This document shows, in pieces, positions 13,201-22,429 of a stretch of 35,189 nucleotides of DNA (position 1 is its first letter; each line of letters opens with the position of its first letter). A model generated the notes under the pieces. The model saw only the letters and a list, made by a program, of their open reading frames with translations. It was not told the DNA's origin and searched no databases. Location of the stretch: the NCBI GenBank assembly GCA_004431415.1, contig QPMI01000379.1, positions 1 to 35,189 on the forward strand. Reading direction: 5' to 3'. The translations under genes were made by a program, and so were the position numbers. The DNA is from Cyanophora paradoxa CCMP329 (taxonomy: Eukaryota > Plantae > Glaucophyta).

Positions 13201-16040
13201 GGGCGGAGCAGGTGCGGGCGACGCGGGTCGGGGACGAGACGGCGGCGGCGCAGATCGCCCGCCTCGTCGCCGAGGCGCAGACCGAGAAGGCCCCTGTCCA
13301 GGCGCGCCGCCGCCCGCCCGCCCGCCCGCCCGCCCGCTGCTCGCTCGCTCCGCGGCCGACCCGGCGGGCCGGGCATGCTGGGCAGGCGCTGGCGGATTCG
13401 ATCTCGGCGGTGTTCGTGCCGGCGGTCTGCTGCGCGGCGCTCGTCGTCTGGGCCGCCTGGTTCGCCGCCGGCGAGGCGGGCGCCCTCCCCGAGCACTACA
13501 AGCCCCCCGGTGCGCTCCGGTCCGGTCTCTCTGCGCCCGCTGCCGCTGACGGCCCGGGTCTGTCTCGCAGTCGGGGGCTGGTTCCTACTGGCGCTGCTCC
13601 ACGGCGTCGCGGTCCTCGTCATCGCGTGCCCCTGCGTGCTCGGACTCGCCACCCCGACGGCGGTCATGGTGGGCGTCGGCGTAGGGGCGCGCCACGGCGT
13701 CCTCATCAAGGGCGGCGGGGCGCTCGAGACGCTGCACCGCGCCACCGCCGTCCTCTTCGACAAGACGGGGACCCTCACGCATGGCCGCCCGGACCTCGTC
13801 GACTGGCGCCTGCTGCAGGGCGACCTGCCGGCGCCCGCACTCCTCGCCGCCGCTGCCTCGGCCGAGCTCAGCAGCGAGCACCCGCTCGCCCGCGCCATAG
13901 TCCGCTGCGCGCGGGAGCGCTTCGGGATCGAGCCGGCGGCCCCCGACGCCTCGGACTTCCGTGACGAGCCGGGCATGGGCGTCGCCTGCTCGGTGCCTAC
14001 CCCGCCGGGCGCGCCGGCGCGGCTGCTGCGGCTGCGGAAGGGCCCGGGGTCCCGCCTGCGCGTCTGCATCGGGACCGAGGCGATGATGGAAGCCGAGGGA
14101 GTGCCGGTCAGCGAGGAGGCGGCGGCGGCGGCGGACGAGTTCCGCGCCGGCGGCTGCACGGCGGTGCTGGTGGCGCTCGAGGGCGCCCTCGCAGGCGTCC
14201 TGGCCCTCGCCGACTCGCCCAAGGAGGGCAGCGAGGCGACGCTCGCCGCCCTCGAGGCCGCCGGCGTCCAGTGCTTCATGGCGCGCTTGGCCGAGCCGAT
14301 CCCGCGCCCCGCCCCGCCGCCTCCGCCTCCGCCTCTCACCGGTCCGCGCAGGTGACGGGCGACAGCGGGCGGACGGCGCACGCGCTGGCGCGGCGCCTGG
14401 GCCTGGCCCCGGGGCGCGTCTTCGCCGAGGTCGTCCCCGCGCAGAAGGCCCGCCCCGCCCCGCCCCGCCCCGCCCGCCTTCCGGCGCCTCGCCTCGCCTC
14501 GCCGACCGACCGGCGCAGGCGGAGCGGGTGCGGGAGCTGCAGGAGAGGGGCCACGTCGTCGTCTTCGTCGGCGACGGGCGCGCCCGCCCCGCCCCGCCCG
14601 CCCCGAAAGCTGCCCTAGAATCTTCTAGCTTAAACAAACGAACGAGCGCTCAGCTCGCCAGCTCGCCCGCCTCGCCCCGCCCGCCCCAAAAAAAGGCGGA
14701 GCTTGCCGCCCCGCCCCGCCCCGCCCCGCCCCGCTCTGCCCCGCCCCGCTCCCATGCGCTGGAGTCTGGCCGGGCTGAGCGCGCGCGCGCGGGCGCGCAG
14801 GGTGAACGACGCGCCGGCGCTGGCGCAGGCGGACGTGGGCGTGGCGATCGGCGCCGGCGCGGCCGTCGCCGTCGAGGCCGCCGACGCCGTCCTCGTCCGC
14901 TCCGACGGTGCGCCCCGCCCCGCCGGGCGCGCCCGCCCGCCCCCCCGCGCGAAGCTTAGAGTGCTCAGAGTTCACTTAGAGCAATTAGTGCTGAAGTGCT
15001 TAGAGTTCAGTTAGGGCGATTAGAGCAAGGGGCCCCGTCCGTCCGCTCCGGCGGCGCCAGCATAGGCCAGACCGCATTATTGCTGAGGCGGGCGCCGCCG
15101 GGCCCCGGCCCGCGGCGCAGTGTGGGCGTGCTGGCTTAGAGTGCTTAGAGCTTAAAGAGCTTAAGTGCTTACGGGCCCGGGGCGCAGTGCGTGACGTGCT
15201 GGTTGCGGTGGACCTCTCGCGGGCGACGTACCGCCGCATCCGCCTCAACCTCCTCCTCGCCCTCGCCTACAACACCCTCGCCATCCCACTCGCCGCCGGC
15301 GCGCTGTACCCCCTCACGCACTCCACGCTGCGGCCCGAGGTCGCCGGCCTCTGCATGGCCCTCTCCTCCGTCTCCGTCCTCCTCTCCTCGTTGGAGCTCG
15401 CCCGCTACCGGCCCCCGCTCCCCGGCGCCGCCGCCTCCGCTGCCTCCGCGGCCGCGGCCGCGCCCCGCCGGCCCTCCCCCGCGGCCGCCGCCCACCTCGA
15501 GTTCCTGACCTTCGCCCCGCCGGAGGAGGCGGGAAAGGAGGACGAGCGCGCCGCGCTGCTCCCGGCCGCCCCGAGGCCGGCCCCGCCGCCGCCGCAGCCG
15601 CAGCCGCGGCGGCGGCCGCCGCCGCGGCGCAGGAGGTCGTTGAGGCGGTGGCCGACGGGGGCCGCGAGCTGGTGGACCCGCTCGTGTGCCCGTACGGGTA
15701 CGTGCTGCCCGGAGACTCCTGGGAGGCCGTCGCGGGGCTCGAGGCCGGCGGCGGCGGCGGCGGCTCGCCCTCGATCGGATCCGAGGCCGACGGGGACCGG
15801 ACGGACCGGGAGGGGGAAGAGGATGATGGGGGGTACGGGGACGAGGACGTCGAGGCGCCGTGCCTGCCCCACCCTGCCGCGGCCCCGCGGGGCCGCCTCG
15901 GGGCCGGGCGGGCGGTGTGCCCCTTCACGGGGCGGCCCTTCGAGCTCTCGCAGCTGCGGCCGGTGCCGCCGGCCGAGGCGATGCGGCGCGTCCTGCAGCA
16001 GGCCGCCGCCGCCCGCGGGCCCCCGCCCCTCCTCGTCTAG
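10211..16040 (+). CDS. P1B-1 type Cu(I)-transporting ATPase (ATP7/RAN1/HMA5-like), multi-exon, with possible C-terminal U-box/RING-like extension
   Basis: ATG 10211. HMA motifs GMTCGKC, GMRCGKC, GMRCGSC, GMTCASC; TGES actuator motif across an intron; [13 protein letters not shown]; DKTGTLT; SEHPLARAI; MVTGD; [16 protein letters not shown]; AYN and MALSS Cu(I) TM signatures. The tail 15570-16040 needs a one-base frame change, so the true end is either 16040 or 16068. Confidence 0.92.
14955..15170 (+). repeat. Degenerate TTAGAG/TTAGGG-like repeats inside ATPase intron 14908-15187
   Basis: Two clusters of cttagag, ctcagag, ttagtg, ttaggg, ttagag, cttaaag and cttaag words. Confidence 0.5.
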
Positions 16041-16248
16041 CCTAGTAGGCGCCTCGGTACTACGGTAGACTGTAGGACCCGAAGCCGGCCCGTGATGAGC
16101 GGCGTGGCATCTCGCCGCCGCCCGCGGGCCTCCGCCCCGCCTCGTCTAGGCGCCGCGGTAGACTAGACTGTACATGATCATCGATATCCGATGACTGGCC
16201 GTCCACGTGATCATCGATATCCGATGACTGGATGAGCGTGGCATCTCG
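16005..16248 (+). repeat. Diverged tandem duplication of the ATPase stop region (~16005-16113 vs ~16114-16248), with an internal 24-bp direct repeat (16175-16198, 16208-16231)
   Basis: Shared blocks gccgccgcccgcgggcc, cctcgtctag, gcgcc, cggta, gactgta and gatgagc...gtggcatctcg occur in the same order in both copies. Confidence 0.75.
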
Positions 16249-16810
16249 AATTTCGAGCCAGATCGACAGATCTAAATTCCCGTTACATGTGCACTGTGAG
16301 TCTGTGACACATAAACAAATCTATCCATATGCATTGATCCATATTATTAATTGGTCCGACGGTCTAAAAAAGACTCTGAGAGAATTGAATTCGAATCGAG
16401 TCTTGCGCTCTGGCACGCGTACGCAGATTATAATTACTCATCTTAAGCTTGCATATGAATTCGAAGCCTTGAAGCGCTGTACATGTTGCAGCAATTTAAG
16501 ACCCTGACTCAGTGAGATTTTGCCAAGCTTAAGGTGCCAGGCTGGCGCGGCGGGCGACGGCCGGGCGCGGCTATCATCATGGCATCGGATTGCAGAATTT
16601 GCAGTGCTAGCTATAGCTTTTTTTCACAAAGCCCATATCAACTGGCAAGGGCGAGGAGTGTATTAGTTCAGTAACTTCATCGTATGCACTAGCTATATTC
16701 ATCATCCGATCGTCTTGTGGTTGGGGGCGCAGGTCTTGTGGCCGCTCATGATCAGCGGCTGGGGCTTGTCTTATAAATTATAATTAAGCTTAATAGCTTG
16801 GCAGGCGAGA

Positions 16811-16853
16811 GGGGAGGGGGGGAGGGGAGGGAGGGGAGGGGGGGGGGGGGGGG
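16811..16853 (+). repeat. G-rich tract with G-quadruplex potential
   Basis: Almost pure G run interrupted by single A residues. Confidence 0.7.
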
Positions 16854-16993
16854 TGGCGGCGTGGCGCGGGCTTACAATCAGGGCACGGACGGTGACGGAC
16901 CGCACGGTCATGATCACGCACATGTACTGTGAAATGATGTACAGGATCGGACGTGATCATGATCACTGATCACTGAGTCCTCAAGATCACTGA

Positions 16994-17483
16994 CCCTGGC
17001 CGGCTTTAGTGATTCCTTTGACTGTCCTTTTGCCTGCTCTTGATCCGCCTGCTCCGCCTCCTGTGTCCTCCTCGACCTCGTGCCGTAGCTCTGCCCTTTC
17101 GCATCGTCCTGCTTCGCCTCCGCCTCCATGTCGTCTTGTTGTTCCTCTTACTTGTCTTCTTCCTGTTATTTATCTTTCTCAATTTTGTCCCCCGCTTCTT
17201 AGTGATGTAATTCCTTCTGATATTGATGGTATCTCTAGCTCTGGCTCTTCTTCGTGTCAGTTATCCTCTGTCCCTAGATCTGCTCGATTTATCGTCTCTT
17301 CTCGCTATCGATCTGTCTCGAGCTCTGTGTCTTTCCTTTTTTATTGTCGATTTTGGCTCTTTGTCTTATCTTTCTTCGTGCTCTTGTCTTAGTTATTTTG
17401 CTTTTTTGTCTTTATGCCCCCTGGGCAGCCCCCGCAGTGCTGGTGTCTAGAGACTGTGGCCGGTAATTCACCAAAAAAAAAAA
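16994..17483 (+). mobile_element. Non-LTR retroposed insertion (5'-truncated LINE 3' end or SINE-like) with poly(A) tail
   Basis: About 490 bp, pyrimidine-rich and non-coding; A-run at 17473-17485; flanking direct repeat AAGATCACTGA at 16983-16993 and 17484-17494 (TSD). Confidence 0.7.
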
Positions 17484-17690
17484 AAGATCACTGAGTCAAT
17501 TGCAAGTTTTCTCAAGACTCAAGACTCTCAATTGCAACTTCAAGGCTTGCCAAGTTGCCGACCGGTTAATTAATATTAGATACCGGTCACCGGTTGCCCG
17601 GGCCAGCTGCAGGGAACTTCCCCTGCGGGAAGTTGCCGCCCAACTTAAGCTTGCCGGCCCGGCGGGACTCCGGGAGTAGCCTAGTAGCTA

Positions 17691-17937
17691 CCGTGTAACA
17701 CTTAATTAATGCGCCAGAAATTAATGCGTATTTGGACCCGGACCCCTACTATGGATATTAATGCGGTACGGAATTAATGCGTTTTGAAGCCTTTTGGCTG
17801 CTGTAAGGGGGTACATACAGCAGTTTCTTAGCGTTTCGATATTAATGCGGTCCCAAATTAATGCGTTTTGCCAGCGGAAAACGCATTAATTTGGGACCGC
17901 ATTACTTAAGTGCGCGCATTACTTAAGTGTTACACGG
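17691..17937 (+). mobile_element. MITE, Tc1/mariner-pogo-like (TA TSD), copy 1
   Basis: TA|CCGTGTAACACTTAA(T/G)TAATGCGC 24-bp TIR with 1 mismatch, TA on both sides, 247 bp. About 9 internal TAATGCG motifs and a long internal hairpin (taatgcggtcccaaattaatgcgtttt...aaaacgcattaatttgggaccgcatta). Confidence 0.88.
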
Positions 17938-18099
17938 TATATGCGCTAGGCAGCCTATGCGCTACTACCGTAGTAGCCTACTACTACTAGTCTACTAGTA
18001 GCCTAGTAGGGCGGCTACTAGGGCCTAGCCTCCTAGGCTAGAGTCACGCCGGCGCCGGCCCGGCGGCCGGACGGCGGACGTACCGTCGCCGGTCCGTCG

Positions 18100-18360
18100 G
18101 AGTCGGTCGGACCCGGTGACCGTCACAGAGGCAGTCACGTGAGTCACGGTCGCGATCGACGTCCGAGTCAGTGATCCGTCAGCCGGCTAAGGCCCGCCTG
18201 GCCCGGCCGCCGGGCTAACGGCGGGCTTTGGTCCGTCACGGTGACGGCGTCAGTGTGCCGCGTCACGTCACCCGCCGCCCGGTGACTCGGCGGTGACTCG
18301 CCGGTGAGTCGGCGGTGAGTCGCCGGTGACCGTGACAGTGCGGTGAGTCGCCGGTGACCA
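18100..18360. repeat. Low-complexity GTGAC/GTCAC/CGGTGAGTCG repeat patch between the MITEs
   Basis: Tandem ~11-mers cggtgactcgg/cggtgagtcgg/cggtgagtcgc plus inverted gtcac words. Confidence 0.6.
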
Positions 18361-18392
18361 GGACGGTGCGCGGCGTTCATGATCAACGGTTA

Positions 18393-18671
18393 CCGCCGGG
18401 CCGTGTAACACTCAACTTGTCAAGTAATGCGCGCACTTAAGTAATGCGGTCCCAAATTAATGCGTTTTCCCGGAGTGCGCTGACAAAACGCATTAATTTG
18501 GGACCCCATTAATATCGCAACGCTAAGAAACTGCTGTATGTACCCCCTTACAGCAGCCAAAAGGCTTCAAAACGCATTAATTCGGTACCGCATTAATTAA
18601 TATCCATAGTAGGGGTCGGGGTACGTCCAAAAACGTATTAATTTCTGGCGCATTAATTAAGTGTTACACGG
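18393..18671 (-). mobile_element. MITE copy 2, inverted relative to copy 1, carrying small insertions
   Basis: Reverse-complement match to 17691-17937 along its length, with three 8-bp and two ~4-bp insertions; TA at 18391-18392 and 18672-18673. Confidence 0.88.
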
Positions 18672-19069
18672 TAGCCCTGCAGCCGCTGGGCCGGCGCTGC
18701 TGCGGCTGGCATGCACCGCTGCCCGGCGCCGGCGCCGGCGGCCCCCTCAAAGCTGTAGGCAGTGCTAGCCCACTGCTAGGCACACGAGTGACACGACCAA
18801 GTACGACCCCCCCCGGGCCCGTACGACCAAGACTCGCACACACACGCAGCTGGCGCTGCACTGCAGCTGCCTTCGAATTCTTGACATGCAGGCGCGCGCC
18901 GCGCCCGTTTTCCCAGAGACATATGCCTCGACATCGCAATCGGGGGAAGCGCCCCCTATCGGCGTAGCCGCAGCCCCTGACACGTCCATCGCAATGCCGC
19001 GCGTTCACGTCAAAGTGAGCGGCGGAACCGAAAAAGGAGACATCGTCCGCCGCGCCCGCCTATCCAAGT

Positions 19070-19446
19070 TGCGCTGAGCGGGATGCGCTAAGCAGTTGGC
19101 TAGGCCCAGAGGCGCCCCAAGCAGAGAGGGATCCGGACAGGCCCGTACAGCACCGTAGGGCGACGGCAAGCGGGTGCCATTACGTACACAGCAGGCGCAG
19201 AGCCGGCGTAAGACAGCAAGTAACAGGTACAGCGTAAGACAGTAAGTACAGAGAACAGGGACGAGAACGACAGCCAGCAAGCGAGCGCCGCGCAGGGCAA
19301 GCGAGGGCCCAGGGCTAAAATAAGCGGGCCAGTTGGCAACAACGTGGCACCAGGAATAGCAGGCTACAAAGGGTACAAGGCAAGGCAAGCTGCCGGCTTA
19401 GAGCCGACGACCAGGGCTAGCTGGGAGTCGGAAAGTGGGCGGCACA
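19070..19446 (-). repeat. LTR (3' LTR in minus orientation)
   Basis: tgcgctgagc...ggcggcaca, identical to 22053-22429. Confidence 0.95.
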
Positions 19447-21091
19447 CGCTTCCCGCTACAAAAAGCCGTCCTCGGCGCTACGAGCTAAAGGCTGAACTAA
19501 AGCTGCGTAGGCGAGGCTGAACGGACTACGAGCCAGCCAAAAGCCGGCTACCGTCCCTGCACAGAAAGCCGTCCTCGGCGCCACAGCGGGCGGGCCAGAG
19601 GGGCAAATTAAAATCCATCAGGCCGTCGGCACCAGTATGAGGAACTGGGCCCAACAAGGAAAGTTGGGTGAGGGACCCACGACCTGACGCCAGAGCGCGC
19701 GGAGCGCCGCCAGCCAACCGGGGGCAAACCCTCTAAATCCCGCCGGAGGGGAAAACGAGTGCTAGCGCTAGCACTAAGCTCGAATTCGAAACCGGCGCCG
19801 CGCCGCAAGCCGCCGGGCTGCGGCGGCGCCGGGTCGAAAGTTCCACAGTGTAGAAGGTACTTGATGTAGAATGTAGGAGTGTAGGACCGCAGGCTCGATC
19901 AGCAGAGCCGCAGCGGCAGAGTACGCGTTGCGGGCCCAAGCTCGGCGCAGCTTGCCGCATTGCGTTGCCAAGTGACTCGGCCGGCGGAGTCACAAGGCGG
20001 GGCGATCGGACAGCACAGTAGAGTGTGCAGCCGCGTACGCGTAGAGCAGGCAAGCCATGAAGAGTAGAGGCGGCGAGCCAGTCGTACGGGGTCAGGCTCC
20101 GCAGCAGCAGCAGGCCACTGGTCGCATCATACAGACCCATCGCCAAGGATCTTCCACGATCAGACGGGATGGCAAACCACGGACACAGCTATCGAGTCCG
20201 CCGGCGTACGCAGATGCAGCGCGTAGCCAGGGCTTAGGCAGGCCACCATCGCGGGACAGGAGACAGCATCAGCGCGGCCCGGAATGATCATCGGTGCTCG
20301 CGTGATAGTCGTAGCAAGACGTATGGACCTCTCAGCAGCGGAGAGTCGCAAGCGGAGGCTTGGTCGGAAGCACCCGGACTAGAGCGCCGGTGCGTGCTGG
20401 CTTGGTCAGCGTGGAATCACCCACAGCTAAGCAGACCGAAACAGCGCTGGCGTCCAGCTGGAATCACCCAGCTGCCAGGTTCAACCGAAGCACGGGAATC
20501 ACCCAACGGCCGACGCAGTCGACGCGCGAGCGTGAAGACTGGTCGCGGGGCATCACCCAGTGCTGCTTGCTGACGCTCTTCAACAGACAGGTCCGCTGTC
20601 CGCCGTCCAACTTTAGCTATGGCTGCTCACGTCGTCGTAGGACGTTCCAGAGCGCATTCTTTACGCTTCTGTTGACCTTCGCCCGCCGGACAGGCCTCGG
20701 TCAGACCTCCGCCCGCTGAACAGGCCTCGGTCGCTGATCAAACGCCCCCGACAGGAAAGAACGACAGTCCGCACACGCGTGAGATGTGCGTGAAGCGACT
20801 GACATCTGGCTTGACGAGCTGGACGTCCCGGAGAAGGGCAGCTACGTCGTCGGAGCCAGGGCAAGGTCTTGGCATCTTGTCTACCGTCTAGGTGCGACAG
20901 CGCGCACAGTAGACTTGACAACAGATAGATGCGCTTCCTCGCATAGAGATCGCTGTCAAGTGGAGCTGCGCCGGCTTCCACTGACGCGTACGCAACCCGC
21001 AGAGCCGAGAGAGACGCGGAGCCGCACGTCCTCTGGATGCAGGGTGGAGTCAAGTGGAGTGATCCTCACGAGGGATGCCACTCGCCGCCGC

Positions 21092-21345
21092 TGAGCGTGC
21101 CTCGGGAGGTCCGCAGGCGCCACAGCAGCCGTCGTAGGTAAGACCTCGGGCGCGTACTGGGCCATGTTATCCCAGGGGCTTTCACGTCGCAGCGGTTTGA
21201 CTCCATGCGTTCTTCAGATACACTCGCCACCATTGAGCGTGCCTCGGGCTAGCCAGAGGTGCCATCGCAGCCGTCGTAGGTGAGACCTCGGGCGCGTACT
21301 GGGGCCATGTTATCCCAGGGCATTCACGTCTTGGCGGGCTGACTC
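21092..21345 (+). repeat. Diverged ~112-bp direct duplication inside the LTR element (21092-21203, 21234-21345)
   Basis: Shared tgagcgtgcctcggg...gcagccgtcgtaggtRagacctcgggcgcgtactggg...ccatgttatcccaggggc...tgactc. Confidence 0.85.
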
Positions 21346-22040
21346 TGTACTTTCTGCAGAGAGAAAAGATTGATTGACCGGCGCTTCATAGCTGCCTTGC
21401 GAGCCTGGCATGTCACGAGCATGCGGGCAACTCGACAAAACAAGACGACGACGAAAAGAAGGTATGTTCATGAAGAATACTCATTCAGAGAGCTTTTATC
21501 ATCATACGTCTCACTGCACGTGGACCAGAGAAGAAACGACATGCCACGACGACAAGAAGATCATCATTCGATCGGCGTCAACACGCAATTCGATCGGTAT
21601 GACGACGTGTGTAGATGTAGAGGGTGTTGCTCCACATACAATACATTTAGTAGTACGTTGTGGTGTCGTCCCCCGATGCAATGCAATACAGTTTCACTCG
21701 ACATGCGCGCGGGCTGCATCAGCATTTGCTCTTGAGCGCAGCCACGGCACGTTTAGATGACTGTGAGCGCATGCGGCTCAATAGACGGGTTGGCGGACGC
21801 TTCCCACTACAGAAAGAGTGGTGCGCCAGGTCCGTAAGCAAGAAAGGCGCAGTGGCGGGTGGAAAGGCATGAACCATGCGGTTCGTATTGCTAAGCTCTG
21901 CCGCATAGGCGCTTCCCACTACAAGAAAGTGGAGGCCGTACGCGCAAGCCAAGGCAAACGATGGCGTGCTTGTCCAGGGGTTCGGGCAAGAGCGCAGCGT
22001 TCGTCCCCAGGCATACGAGCTAAAAAGTCGAAGCCCAACG

Positions 22041-22052
22041 CAGCAGCCCCCA
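22041..22052 (-). promoter_or_regulatory. Putative primer-binding site (tRNA-Pro-like)
   Basis: Minus strand reads TGGGGGCTGCTG immediately after the LTR. The first 8 nt equal the start of the known tRNA-Pro PBS (TGGGGGCTCG...). Confidence 0.55.
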
Positions 22053-22429
22053 TGCGCTGAGCGGGATGCGCTAAGCAGTTGGCTAGGCCCAGAGGCGCCC
22101 CAAGCAGAGAGGGATCCGGACAGGCCCGTACAGCACCGTAGGGCGACGGCAAGCGGGTGCCATTACGTACACAGCAGGCGCAGAGCCGGCGTAAGACAGC
22201 AAGTAACAGGTACAGCGTAAGACAGTAAGTACAGAGAACAGGGACGAGAACGACAGCCAGCAAGCGAGCGCCGCGCAGGGCAAGCGAGGGCCCAGGGCTA
22301 AAATAAGCGGGCCAGTTGGCAACAACGTGGCACCAGGAATAGCAGGCTACAAAGGGTACAAGGCAAGGCAAGCTGCCGGCTTAGAGCCGACGACCAGGGC
22401 TAGCTGGGAGTCGGAAAGTGGGCGGCACA
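22053..22429 (-). repeat. LTR (5' LTR in minus orientation)
   Basis: Identical to 19070-19446. Confidence 0.95.

Larger units (their letters stand above)
19070..22429 (-). mobile_element. Non-autonomous LTR retroelement (3360 bp), recent insertion
   Basis: Two 377-bp LTRs identical by eye, TG...CA ends, 4-bp TSD AAGT (19066-19069, 22430-22433). Minus-strand PBS-like TGGGGGCT directly after the 5' LTR; purine-rich GTAGCGGGAAGCG before the 3' LTR. No recognisable gag/pol ORF in the 2.6-kb interior. Confidence 0.92.

Noticed and set aside
77-16068. Numerous long Arg/Pro/Gly/Ala-rich ORFs on both strands (e.g. 6035-9319, 9772-11997, 3489-5132)
   Set aside because: Stop-poor GC-rich sequence; real coding signal switches frame at introns, so these are read-throughs or antisense shadows.
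17009-17450. Hydrophobic Ser/Leu/Phe-rich ORFs as membrane proteins
   Set aside because: A by-product of the T/C-rich retroposon body.
17691-18671. TAATGCG arrays or the 18270-18360 repeats as a CRISPR array or iterons
   Set aside because: No constant repeat with unique regular spacers, no cas genes, eukaryotic context; explained by MITE structure and low-complexity repeats.
20661-22060. Short ORFs in the LTR interior as gag/pol remnants or captured genes
   Set aside because: No zinc knuckle, protease, RT (YxDD), RNase H or integrase motifs recognised; remote homology cannot be excluded without a search.
19005-22371. Duplicated ORFs MPCLVPFVACY... and MLPTGPLILAL...
   Set aside because: They are identical only because they lie in the two LTRs; no protein motifs.
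19070-22429. Retrozyme (non-coding LTR element with 4-bp TSD and hammerhead ribozyme)
   Set aside because: No CTGANGA hammerhead core seen on either strand of the LTR, and the interior is much longer than in described retrozymes; an Infernal scan would be decisive.
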